From assembly GCA_965247095.1 (NCBI GenBank), contig OZ251997.1, positions 3,616,001 to 3,680,000 of the forward strand: a stretch of DNA of 64,000 nt, in the 5' to 3' direction. Shown here piece after piece: positions 8,467 to 19,656 of the stretch. Source of the DNA: Candidatus Multivorans sp. GTDB taxonomy: Bacteria > Acidobacteriota > Thermoanaerobaculia > Multivoradales > Multivoraceae. The first letter of the stretch is position 1, and every line of letters begins with the position of its first letter. Under the pieces are notes generated by a model, which saw only the letters and a list, made by a program, of their open reading frames with translations, was not told the origin of the DNA and ran no database searches. The position numbers and the translations under genes were made by a program.

Positions 8467-9251
8467 TGGCCCGCTTCCTCTTTATCGGCGATGTGGTCGG
8501 CAAGCCGGGGCGTCGCGCCCTGTCGAGCCTGCTGCCGGAGTTGATCGACCGCCAACGGGTCGATGCTGTGATCGTCAACGTCGAGAACGCCGCCGGCGGC
8601 CGCGGCGTGACCCCGGCGGTGCTCAAGGAGTTCGCAGCGTTGCCTATCGACTGCATGACCACCGGCAATCACGCCTGGTCGAAGCGGGAGGGCGTGCCGC
8701 TGTTCGACCGGATGCACACTCTGCTGCGGCCCGCGAACTACCCGGAGGGCAACCCCGGAGTCGGGGTCTTCGTCGGCGAACTGCCGGTGGGGACGCCGTA
8801 CGCGGTGGTCAACCTGGAAGGGCAGGCGTTCATGAAACCGCTGCCTTCGCCGTTTGCGGCCGCTGACAGGATCCTGGCCGGCCTCGATCCGGCGATCAAG
8901 CTGGTGCTGGTCGACTTCCACGCCGAAGCCACGAGCGAGAAGCAGGCGATGGCCTACCACCTGGACGGCCGGGTGAGTGCGGTGCTCGGCACCCACACCC
9001 ATGTGCCGACCGCCGACGCCCGCATCCTTCCCCAGGGGACCGCCCTGATCACCGACGTGGGCATGACCGGCCCGTACGACTCGGTGATCGGCGTGCGCGC
9101 CGACCGGGCGCTGAAGCGGTTCCTGCTCAATACGCCGTCCGGCTTCGAGGTCGCCAAGCGCGACGTGCGCCTCGCCGCCGTCCTGGTCGACGCCGACGAG
9201 ACGACGGGCCGGGCCACGAAGATCGAGCCGCTGTTGGTCAGCGTGGACTGA
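8466..9251 (+). CDS. ymdB: YmdB/TIGR00282-type metallophosphoesterase
   Basis: GDVVG, NVENAAGG, TGNH, DFHAEATSEK, GTHTHV; coupled to rny. Confidence 0.93.
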   Translation: MARFLFIGDVVGKPGRRALSSLLPELIDRQRVDAVIVNVENAAGGRGVTPAVLKEFAALPIDCMTTGNHAWSKREGVPLFDRMHTLLRPANYPEGNPGVGVFVGELPVGTPYAVVNLEGQAFMKPLPSPFAAADRILAGLDPAIKLVLVDFHAEATSEKQAMAYHLDGRVSAVLGTHTHVPTADARILPQGTALITDVGMTGPYDSVIGVRADRALKRFLLNTPSGFEVAKRDVRLAAVLVDADETTGRATKIEPLLVSVD

Positions 9252-9279
9252 GACAGGGGCCGCGGCCCGGCGCAGGCGC

Positions 9280-10161
9280 CTAGTTGGCGGTGCCGGTCTC
9301 CAGCTCGGTCAGGCCGCGCCAGGTGTTCTTGCTGTCGTCGAAGGACGGCAGGGGCGGCTCGATGCCGCGTTGTTGGTTCACGTGCCAGGACCAGACGTAG
9401 GACCACTTGAGGTAGGTGCCGTAGGCTTGGAGCAGGCAGAACACCAGGCCGCGCATGCCGTCGAACACGCCGAGCTGGAGCCCGTAGGTCCGCAAAAAAC
9501 GCCACAGCGAGCGGCCGAAGACCTCCGCCGGCCCCGACCGGCGGCCCTCGCGCCAGACCTGGGCGGCACCCCACCAACTGTAGCGCTGGATGCGGCGCGA
9601 GTAGGCGAGCAGGTCGTCGACCATGAAGTGCTCCATGGGATTCCGGAGCACCGGCGCGGGACCGCGGGTCCACATGTCGGCGTGAACGCGCCGGTTCGGG
9701 TAGCGGCCCGCGTCGCGGCGCAGCAGCCGGACAACGCGGTCGTGCTGCCAGCCCGAGAAGCGGATCACCCTGCCCAGGAAGTAGACCCGGCGCTTGATCG
9801 TGTAGGCATCGTGAGCCGGCTGATCGTTCCGGAACAGATTCTCGATCTCTCGCCTTAGTTCCGCCGTGCAGCGCTCGTCGGCATCGAGGATGAGGACCCA
9901 TTCGTTCCGGGTCTGGTCCATGGCCCAGTTCTTCTGGGATGCGGAGCCGTAGTAGATGCGCTGCACGAAGCGGGCGCGTTCGCATGCCCGCACGATCTCG
10001 GGAGTGCGGTCGGTGGAGAAGGAGTCGACGACGAGGACCTCGTCGCACCAGTCGAGGGACGCCAGACAGGCCCCGATGTGGCGCTCCTCGTTGAAGGTCG
10101 TCACCAAGGCCGAAATGGGCGGCCGCGGCGCGTCTGCCGGCGTTTCGTCCACGTCGCGCAT
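9280..10161 (-). CDS. Glycosyltransferase family 2 (WaaE/KdtX-like)
   Basis: TFNEE, VVDSFSTDRT, WVLILDADE, LLRR...VH. Confidence 0.9.
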   Translation of the reverse strand: MRDVDETPADAPRPPISALVTTFNEERHIGACLASLDWCDEVLVVDSFSTDRTPEIVRACERARFVQRIYYGSASQKNWAMDQTRNEWVLILDADERCTAELRREIENLFRNDQPAHDAYTIKRRVYFLGRVIRFSGWQHDRVVRLLRRDAGRYPNRRVHADMWTRGPAPVLRNPMEHFMVDDLLAYSRRIQRYSWWGAAQVWREGRRSGPAEVFGRSLWRFLRTYGLQLGVFDGMRGLVFCLLQAYGTYLKWSYVWSWHVNQQRGIEPPLPSFDDSKNTWRGLTELETGTAN

Positions 10162-10177
10162 TGTATGCTGGCTCGCC

Positions 10178-10708
10178 GTGCGCTTCCCCGGTCCGCGCCA
10201 CGGAGCGCCCGTTCTGCTGGCGTTGCTGGGGAGTCTGGCCGCCCCTGCCGCCTTCGCCTGCAACGCGGCCTCGGAGAGCGCCGCGCCGCGCCGCGCCGAC
10301 GAGTCCGGCCTGAGCGTGAGCGCCGGCGTGAGCGATTTCGGCAGGGACCACGCGGCCGGCGAGGTCGGCATCGAGCACCGGTTCCGCACCCACTGGTGCC
10401 TGGGCTTCGGCCCCCATGTCGGCGCCCGGGTGACCTCCGACGAGTCCATCTACGTCTACGCGGGCGCCGACCGGCGGATCGACCTCGGGCGCTCCTGGTT
10501 TCTCGACTCGACCTTCGCCATGGGTTTCTATGAGGCGGGGGACGGCAAGAACCTCGGCGGCGCGCTCGAGTTCCGCTCGGGGATCGCGGTGGGACGCCGT
10601 CTGCGCAACGGCTCGCGAGTCGGTCTCGGCTTCTTCCATCTGTCCAACACGAACTACTATCGTCACAACCCGGGTGTGAACTCCTTTCTTCTCCGATGGT
10701 CGAGGTAA
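10178..10708 (+). CDS. PagL-like lipid A 3-O-deacylase / acyloxyacyl hydrolase beta-barrel
   Basis: Signal peptide; LGGALEFRS...HLSN...NPGVNS motif; start approximate. Confidence 0.75.
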   Translation: MRFPGPRHGAPVLLALLGSLAAPAAFACNAASESAAPRRADESGLSVSAGVSDFGRDHAAGEVGIEHRFRTHWCLGFGPHVGARVTSDESIYVYAGADRRIDLGRSWFLDSTFAMGFYEAGDGKNLGGALEFRSGIAVGRRLRNGSRVGLGFFHLSNTNYYRHNPGVNSFLLRWSR

Positions 10709-10714
10709 TTCGTA

Positions 10715-11002
10715 GTGCCTGTAGATCCGGAACTGCTCGAACTCCTGGTGTGCCCCAAGTCGAAGGGCGCGCTGACCGTGGCGCCGCTGCCGCCGCCCGT
10801 GTGCGAGCGGCTCGTGGCCCGCTACCGGGAGCACTTCGCGGGTGAGGCGCCGGAGATTTCCGAAGGGTTGTGGTGCCGGGAGTCCGGCCTCGTCTATCCG
10901 ATCGTCAGCGATATACCGATCATGCTGGTCGCGGAGGCGCTGCCGGCGGCGGAAGCTCTGCCGGAGGCGGTCGGGGAGAACGAGCGGACGAACGACTCGT
11001 GA
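10715..11002 (+). CDS. Trm112-family protein
   Basis: LLELLVCPKSKG...GLVYPIVSDIPIML. Confidence 0.85.
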   Translation: MPVDPELLELLVCPKSKGALTVAPLPPPVCERLVARYREHFAGEAPEISEGLWCRESGLVYPIVSDIPIMLVAEALPAAEALPEAVGENERTNDS

Positions 11003-11916
11003 GCGACTTCGCGTCGTTCCTCTCCACGCTGCGGCCGCAGGTCGACGACACGTTGGACCGGCTTCTGCCGGCGGCGGCGACGACGGCGCCCGGCGCCATC
11101 TGTGGGGCGATGCGGTACAGCGTGTTCGCGGGCGGCAAGCGGGTGCGGCCTGCCCTGGTCGTGCTTGCCGGCGAGGCGTGCGGCGCACCGCGGAGCGACT
11201 TGCTGGCGGGCGGCGCCGCGGTCGAGATGATCCACACCTTCAGCCTGGTTCACGACGATCTTCCGGCCCTCGACGACGACGACCTGCGGCGCGGTCGCCC
11301 GACCCTGCACAAGGTGCAGGGCGAGGCAATGGCGGTGCTGGCCGGCGACGCACTCCTCAACCACGCCTTTGAGGTTCTGGCCGGAGAGCCGGCGTCGGCG
11401 CCGCCGGAGCGGCGGCTGCAGACGGTGCGCTTGCTGGCCGAAGCCGTGGGCACGATGGGGATGATCGGGGGCCAGGTCCTCGATCTGGAGCACGAAGGGG
11501 CCACGATCGAAGACGGCGGGTGCGGACGGGAACGCGCCGCGCGGAGCCTCGAACGGATTCACCGCCTGAAGACGGGGGCCCTGATCGAAGCGAGCACCCG
11601 GCTCGGCGGCATCTACGCCGGCGCCGGGGACGACCGCTCGAAGCTGCTCGGCGGGATCGGCGCCGAACTCGGGCTGCTGTTCCAGATCGGTGACGACATC
11701 CTCGATGAGGTGGGCAGTTCCGAGCAGTTGGGCAAGACGGCCGGCAAGGACCGGCAGGCCGCGAAGCTGACCTATCCGCACCTGTTCGGCCTGGACGGCA
11801 GCCGCGAGAAGGCGCGTCAGGCCGCCGACCGGTGTCTGGCCCTGGTGGAGAGACTGCCGGCGCGACAGGAGCTCTTCCGATCCCTGGTCGCCTTCCTGGT
11901 CCACCGGGGCTCGTGA
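10999..11916 (+). CDS. ispA: Polyprenyl (farnesyl) diphosphate synthase
   Basis: GGKRVRP, HDDLPALDDDDLRRG, KTGAL, FQIGDDILD, GKTAGKD. Confidence 0.92.
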   Translation: MSDFASFLSTLRPQVDDTLDRLLPAAATTAPGAICGAMRYSVFAGGKRVRPALVVLAGEACGAPRSDLLAGGAAVEMIHTFSLVHDDLPALDDDDLRRGRPTLHKVQGEAMAVLAGDALLNHAFEVLAGEPASAPPERRLQTVRLLAEAVGTMGMIGGQVLDLEHEGATIEDGGCGRERAARSLERIHRLKTGALIEASTRLGGIYAGAGDDRSKLLGGIGAELGLLFQIGDDILDEVGSSEQLGKTAGKDRQAAKLTYPHLFGLDGSREKARQAADRCLALVERLPARQELFRSLVAFLVHRGS

Positions 11917-12659
11917 GGCTCCGTCTCGATCAAGTGCTGGTCGAGCGCGGGCTGTTCAGCAGCCGGGAACAGGCGAAGCGGTCGGTCATGGCGGGCGAGG
12001 TCTGGGTGGACGGCGAGCGCCGTGACAAGCCGGGGATGCCGGTGGAGGCGGACGCCGCGATCGAGGTGCGGGGCCGGTCGGCGCCGTACGTGTCGCGCGG
12101 GGGCCGCAAGCTCGAGCAGGCGCTGCGCTGCTTCGAGGTCGACCCCGAGGGCGCCGTGTGTCTCGATGTCGGCGCCTCGACCGGGGGGTTCACCGACTGT
12201 CTCCTGAAACATGGAGCGGCCAGGGTGTACGCGCTGGACGTGGGCTACGGCCAGCTCGATGCGCGGCTGCGCGGCGACCCCAGGGTGGTCGTGATGGAGC
12301 GGATCAACGCGCGCCATCTAGGTCCCCGCGCCCTGCCGGAGCGATGCCGGATCGCGACCATGGACGTCTCCTTCATCTCGGTGGTCAAGGTGGCGCCGGC
12401 GCTGCTGCCGCACCTCGCGGCCGGCGCCGATCTGATCGTGCTGATCAAGCCGCAGTTCGAAGCCGGCCGCGGTCAGGTGGGCAAGGGCGGGGTGGTGCGC
12501 GACGATGCGTTGCGCCGCCGGATCGCCGAGCAGCGCATCGGCGAACTGGGCGCCCTCGGGCTCCGGTTCACAGCCTCGGTAGACTGCGATCTTCGGGGAC
12601 CGGCAGGCAATCGCGAGATCCTCGCCCACTTCAGGACGCAATCATCGCGCCCTTCGTGA
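11913..12659 (+). CDS. tlyA: TlyA-family RNA methyltransferase
   Basis: S4 domain RLDQVLV, YVSRGGRKL, LDVGASTGGFTD, LIKPQFE. Confidence 0.95.
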   Translation: MRLRLDQVLVERGLFSSREQAKRSVMAGEVWVDGERRDKPGMPVEADAAIEVRGRSAPYVSRGGRKLEQALRCFEVDPEGAVCLDVGASTGGFTDCLLKHGAARVYALDVGYGQLDARLRGDPRVVVMERINARHLGPRALPERCRIATMDVSFISVVKVAPALLPHLAAGADLIVLIKPQFEAGRGQVGKGGVVRDDALRRRIAEQRIGELGALGLRFTASVDCDLRGPAGNREILAHFRTQSSRPS

Positions 12660-12683
12660 CATGACCAACGCGCCCTTTGTGAA

Positions 12684-13487
12684 GTGACCAACATCGACCA
12701 GGTGGCGGTCGTTGCCAAGCAGGACAGCGAGCAGGCGGCCGCGACCGCTGCCGAGGTGAAGCGCTGGTTCGGGGACCGCGGCGTCGCCGTCGTCGCCGCC
12801 GACTCGAACGAGGTCGGCCTGATCGTGGTCCTGGGCGGTGACGGCACCCTGCTGTCGGTGGCGCGCAACCGTCCGGGGGTGCCGATCGTGGGGGTCAACC
12901 TCGGCACCCTGGGCTATCTCGCGGAGATCGGACGGGACGGCCTCTACGCGAACCTGGGGAGGATTCTCGAGGGCCGGTTCGAGGTCGAGGAGCGGCTGCT
13001 GCTGGATGTCGAACTGCATCGTGAGGCCGGCAGCGTGAGCCGGTACCGGGCGCTGAACGACGCCGTGGTCCACAAGAGCGCTCTGGCGCGGATGATCCAT
13101 CTGGAGGTCGAGATCGACGGCGAGCCGGTCGCCTTCTACCGGTCGGACGGTCTGATCGTCTCGACGCCGACGGGATCGACCGCGTACAGCCTTTCGGCCG
13201 GGGGCCCGATCCTCTACCCGACGTTGCCGGTCGCGGTGCTGACGCCGATCTCGCCGCACACCCTGTCCATGCGGCCGATCGTGGTGCCGGAGACCAGCAC
13301 GATCGCGATGACGCTCGGCAGCCGGGACGAGGAGGTGTACCTCACCCTGGACGGCCAGGAGGGGGCGCGGCTGGGGGGCGGCGACCGGGTGGTTGTGACT
13401 GCTTCGGAGGCGAGGGCGCTGCTGGCGCGCGTCGACGGCCAGACCCACTACGACGCCCTGCGCAGCAAGCTGGGTTGGGGCGAGTAG
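12684..13487 (+). CDS. nadK: NAD(+) kinase
   Basis: [40 protein letters not shown]. Confidence 0.95.
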   Translation: MTNIDQVAVVAKQDSEQAAATAAEVKRWFGDRGVAVVAADSNEVGLIVVLGGDGTLLSVARNRPGVPIVGVNLGTLGYLAEIGRDGLYANLGRILEGRFEVEERLLLDVELHREAGSVSRYRALNDAVVHKSALARMIHLEVEIDGEPVAFYRSDGLIVSTPTGSTAYSLSAGGPILYPTLPVAVLTPISPHTLSMRPIVVPETSTIAMTLGSRDEEVYLTLDGQEGARLGGGDRVVVTASEARALLARVDGQTHYDALRSKLGWGE

Positions 13488-13507
13488 GCACTGCTACGAT
13501 CGCGCCT

Positions 13508-14740
13508 ATGTCGAAACGAGGCCCGGACCGCGAAGAGACCGTCTTCACGCCGATCGAGGAGGCGGTGGCCACCTTCCGCGACGGCGGCCAGGTGATCATC
13601 GTCGACGACGAGGATCGGGAGAACGAGGGCGATCTCGCGATCGCCGCCGAGAAGGTGACGGCCGACGCGGTCAACTTCATGGCCACTCACGGCCGTGGCC
13701 TGATCTGCCTCGCGATGACCGAGGACCGCTGCGACCAGCTCGACCTGCCGCTGATGGTGCGCGACAACACCTCGCCCTTCGAGACCGCGTTCACCGTCTC
13801 GATCGAGGCCCGGGGCAAGGTGACGACGGGGATCTCGGCGGCCGACCGCGCGGCGACGATCGAGACCGCGATCGATCCGGCGACCGGCCCGCAGGATCTG
13901 CTGCGGCCGGGTCACGTCTTCCCGCTGCGGGCCAAGCGCGGCGGTGTTCTCAAGCGCGCCGGTCAGACCGAGGCGTCGGTGGACCTGGCGACGCTGGCGG
14001 GGCTGAAGCCGGCCGGCGTGATCTGCGAGATCATGAACGAGGACGGCACCATGGCGCGGGTGCCCGACCTGGTCCAGTACAGCCGGATCCACAACCTGCC
14101 GATGATCACTGTCTCGGATCTGATCCGCTACCGGCTGAGCAACGAGAGTCTGGTCGAACTCATCGCCTCGCCAACGTTGCCCACCCCGTACGGCGACATG
14201 AGGGCGTACGCCTACCGGGCCGAAATAACGGGCGAAGAGCACGTGGCCCTGGTGATGGGCGAGCCGACGCCCGACCAGGACATCCTGGTGCGGGTCCACA
14301 GCCAGTGCCTGACCGGGGACGTGTTCCATTCCCAGCGTTGCGACTGCGGCATCCAGCTCTACCAGGCGCTCGCGAACATCGCCGAAGAGGGGATGGGCGT
14401 CCTGCTCTACCTGCTCCAGGAGGGTCGCGGGATCGGTCTGTTCAACAAGCTGCGCGCCTACGAGCTGCAGGAGCAGGGGCACGACACGGTGGAGGCCAAT
14501 CACAAGCTGGGCTTCCGCGCCGATCAGCGCGAGTACGGCATCGGCGCCCAGATCCTGCGTGATCTCGGTGTCCGGCGCATGCGGCTGATGACGAACAACC
14601 CGAGCAAGTACATCGCTCTCTCCGGCTACGGCCTGGAGATCGTGGATCGGGTGCCGATCGAGGTGGAGCCGAACGAGTCGAATCGCGAGTACCTCCGGGC
14701 CAAGCGCGAGAAGATGGGCCACCTGCTGCAGTTGGTGTGA
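13508..14740 (+). CDS. ribBA: Bifunctional DHBP synthase / GTP cyclohydrolase II
   Basis: [42 protein letters not shown]. Confidence 0.97.
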   Translation: MSKRGPDREETVFTPIEEAVATFRDGGQVIIVDDEDRENEGDLAIAAEKVTADAVNFMATHGRGLICLAMTEDRCDQLDLPLMVRDNTSPFETAFTVSIEARGKVTTGISAADRAATIETAIDPATGPQDLLRPGHVFPLRAKRGGVLKRAGQTEASVDLATLAGLKPAGVICEIMNEDGTMARVPDLVQYSRIHNLPMITVSDLIRYRLSNESLVELIASPTLPTPYGDMRAYAYRAEITGEEHVALVMGEPTPDQDILVRVHSQCLTGDVFHSQRCDCGIQLYQALANIAEEGMGVLLYLLQEGRGIGLFNKLRAYELQEQGHDTVEANHKLGFRADQREYGIGAQILRDLGVRRMRLMTNNPSKYIALSGYGLEIVDRVPIEVEPNESNREYLRAKREKMGHLLQLV

Positions 14741-15783
14741 GCGCCGGCAGCTCCAGGCCGCGGGCGCTGGTCACGGGCGTGACCGGCCAGGACGGTTCCT
14801 ACCTCGCCGAGCAGCTACTTGACGACGGTTGGGACGTCTGGGGTCTCGTGCGTCCGGTGTCCCAGTCGGGCAACACGCGCTGGATCGACCACCTGCTCGA
14901 GAGGGACGGCGATTCGGGGCCCCGGCTGCGCCTGATCGCGGGCGATCTCGCCGATGCGGCGTCGCTCGACCGCGCGGTGGCGACGGTGAAGCCCGACGAG
15001 ATCTACAACCTCGGCGCGCAGTCCCACGTCCAGGTCTCCTTCGAGTTGCCGGCGGCGACCGGTCAGGTCACCGGCCTGGGGGTCCTGCGGCTGCTGGAGG
15101 CGGTGCACCGGCACTGCCCGCGGGCGCGCTTCTACCAAGCCTCCTCGTCCGAGCTCTACGGGCGCACGGCGGAGTCGCCCCAGAATGAGACGACCCGGTT
15201 CTACCCACGCAGCCCGTATGCCGCGGCGAAGGCCTACGGATTCCACATCACCCGCAACTACCGCGAGGCCTACGGCCTGTTCGCGGTCAACGGGATCCTG
15301 TTCAACCACGAGTCGCCTCGCCGGGGCGAGACCTTCGTCACGCGCAAGATCTCCCTGGCTGTAGCCCGCATCCGGGCGGGTCTGCAGGACCGTCTGCACC
15401 TCGGCAATCTGTCCGCGCGGCGCGACTGGGGCTTTGCCGGCGACTACGTGGAGGCGATGCGGTTGATGCTGCGCGTGGAGCAGCCCGACGACTACGTGAT
15501 CGCCACCGGCGATACGCGCAGCGTGCGCGAGTTCTGCGAGATCGCCTTCGCCCATGCCGGGCTGCCGCTGACGTGGCGCGGTTCGGGCGCCTGTGAGCAG
15601 GGTGTGGCCAAGGGCGGCCGGGTGCTGGTCGCGGTCGACCCCCGGTACTTCCGCAAGGCCGAAGTCGACTCGCTGTGCGGCGATGCGAGCCTGGCCCGGG
15701 AGCGTCTGGGATGGCGTCCCCGAGTCACCTTCCGTCAGCTCGTCGAGATGATGGTCGATGCCGATCTCAAAGCCGTCGGCTAG
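14737..15783 (+). CDS. gmd: GDP-mannose 4,6-dehydratase
   Basis: [51 protein letters not shown]. Confidence 0.97.
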   Translation: MSAGSSRPRALVTGVTGQDGSYLAEQLLDDGWDVWGLVRPVSQSGNTRWIDHLLERDGDSGPRLRLIAGDLADAASLDRAVATVKPDEIYNLGAQSHVQVSFELPAATGQVTGLGVLRLLEAVHRHCPRARFYQASSSELYGRTAESPQNETTRFYPRSPYAAAKAYGFHITRNYREAYGLFAVNGILFNHESPRRGETFVTRKISLAVARIRAGLQDRLHLGNLSARRDWGFAGDYVEAMRLMLRVEQPDDYVIATGDTRSVREFCEIAFAHAGLPLTWRGSGACEQGVAKGGRVLVAVDPRYFRKAEVDSLCGDASLARERLGWRPRVTFRQLVEMMVDADLKAVG

Positions 15784-15957
15784 GAGCTTGCGCGGTAGAA
15801 CGACCGGAGGCCGGCGCTTCGCGCCGGATGCGGGTAGGATGCCCGCGAACCACTCCGTGCGCCCGATGACGGGCGCACGGAGTGGTTCGCGTGTGGCGCG
15901 GGTCGCGCCACACGGGTTCCCAGGTCAGATCGTTCTACCGCGCAAGCTCCTAGCCGA
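15776..15957. mobile_element. MITE-like palindromic element with perfect 28-bp inverted ends and internal hairpins
   Basis: 15776-15803 is the exact reverse complement of 15930-15957; internal 22-bp (15844-15891), 11-bp and 7-bp stems; CTAG at both ends. Confidence 0.8.
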
Positions 15958-16720
15958 GCGGTCCTGCACTCAGCTCACCGCCGTCCAGAACGTAGGTGGT
16001 CGCGGTCGTGAACCTTCCTGCCTGAGTCGCCAGGGTCAACACCAGGGCCGCGATGTCCTCCGGCTCTCCGATGCGGCCCATCGGGTTGATGGCGATGTTG
16101 TTCTTCTCGACCATCTCGATCAGGCCCGCAGCCAGTTCAGTCCGGCACAGACCGGGAGCGATGGCAACCGTGCGGATGCCGTCCTTCGCCCACTCCTTGC
16201 CGATCATCTGCGTGAAGTTGATCAACGCCGCCTTGGACGGCGGGTAGATGCCCAGTCCTGGCGACGCCCGGATGCCCTCGTTCGACGCGATGTTGATGAT
16301 CATGCCGCCGCCGCGCTCTTGCATCGTGGTCCGGCACAACTGCGACAGTCTGATCGGTCCCCACAGGTTGATTGCCATGACCCGTTGGAAATCGTCCTCC
16401 TTCAGCTTGGAGATCGGGCCACCGCCGCCGCTGGCTGCGTTGTTGACCAGGATGTCGATGCCACCGAGCCCGGCGACCACCTGCTCGTAGAGGTCGTCGA
16501 CTGCTTCGGTCCTGCCGACGTCGGCCGGAATCGCCAGGACGCGGCGGCCAAGCTTCCGCAGCTCGCCACCGGTAGCCTCGAGTGCCTCGAGGCCTCGAGC
16601 GGCTATCGCGATGTCGGCGCCGTTCTCGGCAAACGCCAGGGCGATGGCACGACCGATGCCCTTGGAGCCCCCGGTGATCAGTGCCACCTTGCCGTCCATG
16701 GAATGATCGACGATCGACAT
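15950..16720 (-). CDS. SDR-family oxidoreductase
   Basis: TGGSKGIG, LVNNAA, catalytic YPPSK, APG. Confidence 0.92.
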   Translation of the reverse strand: MSIVDHSMDGKVALITGGSKGIGRAIALAFAENGADIAIAARGLEALEATGGELRKLGRRVLAIPADVGRTEAVDDLYEQVVAGLGGIDILVNNAASGGGGPISKLKEDDFQRVMAINLWGPIRLSQLCRTTMQERGGGMIINIASNEGIRASPGLGIYPPSKAALINFTQMIGKEWAKDGIRTVAIAPGLCRTELAAGLIEMVEKNNIAINPMGRIGEPEDIAALVLTLATQAGRFTTATTYVLDGGELSAGPLG

Positions 16721-16871
16721 GATGACCTCCGTTCCGGATCTTGAGAGTGCTGGGCCTTTGGCAGGCGGCGCCCACGGTGGACGGGAGGATACAGGTGACC
16801 GGGATTTGATGGCCCCGTTGCCGCAGAGGCGAACGCCGAGTGAAGAACGATCGAGCCACCGAAAGGGAAGC

Positions 16872-18080
16872 ATGAAGAACGATAAGGCGTTGCGGGCTCG
16901 GGCCGAGCGGGTGATTCCCGGAGGCATGTACGGGCACCAGTCGGTGGCCTACAGGATGCCGAAGAACTACCCCCAGTTCTTCACGCGCGCCGAGGGCTGC
17001 CGGCTGTGGGACGTGGACGGCAACGAGTACATCGACTTCATGTGCTCGTACGGACCCATGATTGCCGGCTACCGCAATTCCCGCATCTGCTCTGCGGCCG
17101 ATGCGCAGCGCGGCGCGCTCGACATCGCGAACGGCCCACCGGCCATCATCGTGGACTTGGCCGAGCGCCTGGTAGCTCAAGTCGGCCACGCCGACTGGGC
17201 GATCTTCGCGAAGAACGGCAACGATGCGACGACGGTCTGCAACATGGTCGCGCGAGCCAGGAGTGAGAAGCGCAAGATCCTGGTCGCGGCCGGCGCGTAC
17301 CATGGCTCACAGCCGTGGGCCAACCACTTGTCGCGTGGGACGCCGGTAGAGGAGCACGCGAACTACCCGACGTTCACGTATAACGACACAGAGAGCCTGC
17401 GCGCGGCCGCCGAGGCGTCCGCCGGCGACCTCGCGGGAATCGCCGTGTCGGCCTTCAAGCACGACGCGGGCCAACCCCAGGAGCTCGTCGACCCGGCCTT
17501 CGCCCGCGCGGTGCGTCAGATCTGCGACGCCGAGGGCGCCGCGCTCATCCTGGACGACGTGCGGGCCGGGTTGCGCCTGTCGCTGGATGCGAGCTGGGCG
17601 ACCCTTGGCGTCCAGCCGGACCTCTCGGCGTGGGGCAAGGCGCTCGCGAACGGAGAGCCGCTTGCAGCAGTTCTGGGCAACGAGGCGTACCGGGACGCCG
17701 CGTCGCGGATCTTCGTCACGGGCTCGTTCTGGTATCAGGCCGCGCCCTTTGCGGCGGCGCTCGCGACGCTCGACGTCCTGGAGGAGCTCGACGCGCCGAC
17801 CCGGCTGCTCGAGCTGGGCCAGGCGTTCAGGGCCGGGCTTGCCGAACAGGCGCGGCGCTACGGCCACGCGATCCAGCAGACCGGTCCGCCGCAGATGCCG
17901 ACCGTGATGTTCGAGGACGACCCCAAGCTCTCGAAGGGCCTCGCGTTCTGCGGGCATGCGCTCGCGAACGGCGTCTACTTGCACCCCTGGCACAACATGT
18001 TCCTGTCCGTGGCGCACACCGAGCGCGACATCGACCAGGCCCTGGCCGGCACAGCGCGCGCCTTCCAGGCGCTCGGCTGA
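16872..18080 (+). CDS. Class III aminotransferase (glutamate-1-semialdehyde aminomutase-like)
   Basis: WDVDGNEYIDF, YHG, LILDDVRAGLR, PLP lysine in WGKALANG. Confidence 0.88.
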   Translation: MKNDKALRARAERVIPGGMYGHQSVAYRMPKNYPQFFTRAEGCRLWDVDGNEYIDFMCSYGPMIAGYRNSRICSAADAQRGALDIANGPPAIIVDLAERLVAQVGHADWAIFAKNGNDATTVCNMVARARSEKRKILVAAGAYHGSQPWANHLSRGTPVEEHANYPTFTYNDTESLRAAAEASAGDLAGIAVSAFKHDAGQPQELVDPAFARAVRQICDAEGAALILDDVRAGLRLSLDASWATLGVQPDLSAWGKALANGEPLAAVLGNEAYRDAASRIFVTGSFWYQAAPFAAALATLDVLEELDAPTRLLELGQAFRAGLAEQARRYGHAIQQTGPPQMPTVMFEDDPKLSKGLAFCGHALANGVYLHPWHNMFLSVAHTERDIDQALAGTARAFQALG

Positions 18081-18105
18081 GCCGACGGCGTCTATCGCAG
18101 CGCGG

Positions 18106-19656
18106 CTACGGCATGTACGGCGTCGGACTGGGTCCGAGCTGGGTTTCGAGAACCGCCTGGGCGACGTCGATGAACTCGCAGACCATCGGTCGGGTCTCGC
18201 GGGGATCGATGATCTCTTCGATGTTGAACGCCTCGGCGGTGCGAAACGGCGACGCCAGGGCCTGGAGGCGGTCCTCAATCTCCTTCTGCTTGGCCGCGGG
18301 GTCATCGGACTCCCGGATGATGCGCCGATAGGCGGCGGTCACGCCGCCTGAGATGTGCATGGACCCCCAGTGGCCGGACGGCCACGCCACGCGCTTGAAC
18401 ATGCCGCTCGGGCGATCGTGGCACTGGCCGGCGACGCCGTAGAGCTGCCGGATGATGATGGTGAGCCACGGCATGCGGGTTCGGAGCGTCGCGCAGAGCA
18501 TCTTGGCGCCGGCGCGGACGATCCCCTGGCGCTGTTGCTCGGGGCCGACCATGAATCCGGGCTCGTCGCCGAAATAGACCATCGGTAGATGAAAGGTGTC
18601 GCACAACTGCAGGAAGCGAATCACCTTGGTGCCGGCGGCCACGTTCATCGAGCCTCCGAGATGGGCCGGGTTGTTGATCATCGTGCCCACGGGATAGCCG
18701 TTGACTCGGGCGAGTCCGACGATTCGAGAGCGTCCGTAGTACGGCGTGATCTCGAAGAACGAGTTGCGGTCGAGAACCGCGTCGAGGATCTCTCTCGGGT
18801 CGTAGGCCTTGTTCTTCTCGCGCGGGATGGCGGACAGGAGCGACGGCTCACCGCGCCCCGCGTCGTCGTGGGTGTCGCCGCGCGGCGCCATCTGCCAGAC
18901 GCTGTCCGGCAGATAGCTCAGGAACCGCTTGAGCTGTGCTGCGGCCTCCTCCTCGGAGTCGGCGAGATTGTCGATGACACCGCTCCCGTACACCTGGGTG
19001 CGCTCGTCGCCGAGATCTTCCTTCGTGATGTCGATGCCGAGTGCGGCCTTGACGACCGGAGGCCCACCCGCGAACACCTGGCTCGTGCCCTTGACCATGA
19101 CGTTGAAGTGGGCGAGGCACGACTCGACCGCCGGCAGTCCGGCCACCGAGCCGAGCACGGCGGCGACGACCGGCACGGCGCAGAGCAGGTCCTCGACGCC
19201 AGGGGTAGCGGGGTTCTGCGGGATGTAGGTGCGTCCGATCTTCTCGAAGGTCTTGACGCTGCCGCCGGTGGAGTCGAGGAGCCGGACGTACGGCAGACGC
19301 CAGCCGAGCGCCATCTTCTGGGCGTGACCGCTCTTGTCGCCGATCGACGCGTCGGCGGCGCCGCCGCGCACGGTGAAGTCGCCGCCGTTCAGAACCGCGC
19401 GGCGGCCGTTCAGGCGGGCGAGCCCGATGACCCTGTTCGAGGGTCTCACGTCCTGGAGCTCGTTGCCGTCGTAGGTGGCCACTCCGGCGAGCTCGCCGAT
19501 CTCCTGGAACGAGCCCTCGTCGGCGAACAGCTCGAGACGCTCCCGGATCGTCAGCTTTCCGCGACGGTGCTGCTCCGCGATGCCGGCCTCGCCGCCCATC
19601 TGATGGGCGAATTCGCGGCGCCGCTTCAGCTCCTCTATCTCGCGCTCCCAGACCAT
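18106..19656 (-). CDS. Acyl-CoA carboxylase carboxyltransferase subunit
   Basis: GKLTIRERL, DFTVRGG, DSTGG, GGPPVV, DEPGFMVG, EEIIDPRETR. Confidence 0.9.
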   Translation of the reverse strand: MVWEREIEELKRRREFAHQMGGEAGIAEQHRRGKLTIRERLELFADEGSFQEIGELAGVATYDGNELQDVRPSNRVIGLARLNGRRAVLNGGDFTVRGGAADASIGDKSGHAQKMALGWRLPYVRLLDSTGGSVKTFEKIGRTYIPQNPATPGVEDLLCAVPVVAAVLGSVAGLPAVESCLAHFNVMVKGTSQVFAGGPPVVKAALGIDITKEDLGDERTQVYGSGVIDNLADSEEEAAAQLKRFLSYLPDSVWQMAPRGDTHDDAGRGEPSLLSAIPREKNKAYDPREILDAVLDRNSFFEITPYYGRSRIVGLARVNGYPVGTMINNPAHLGGSMNVAAGTKVIRFLQLCDTFHLPMVYFGDEPGFMVGPEQQRQGIVRAGAKMLCATLRTRMPWLTIIIRQLYGVAGQCHDRPSGMFKRVAWPSGHWGSMHISGGVTAAYRRIIRESDDPAAKQKEIEDRLQALASPFRTAEAFNIEEIIDPRETRPMVCEFIDVAQAVLETQLGPSPTPYMP

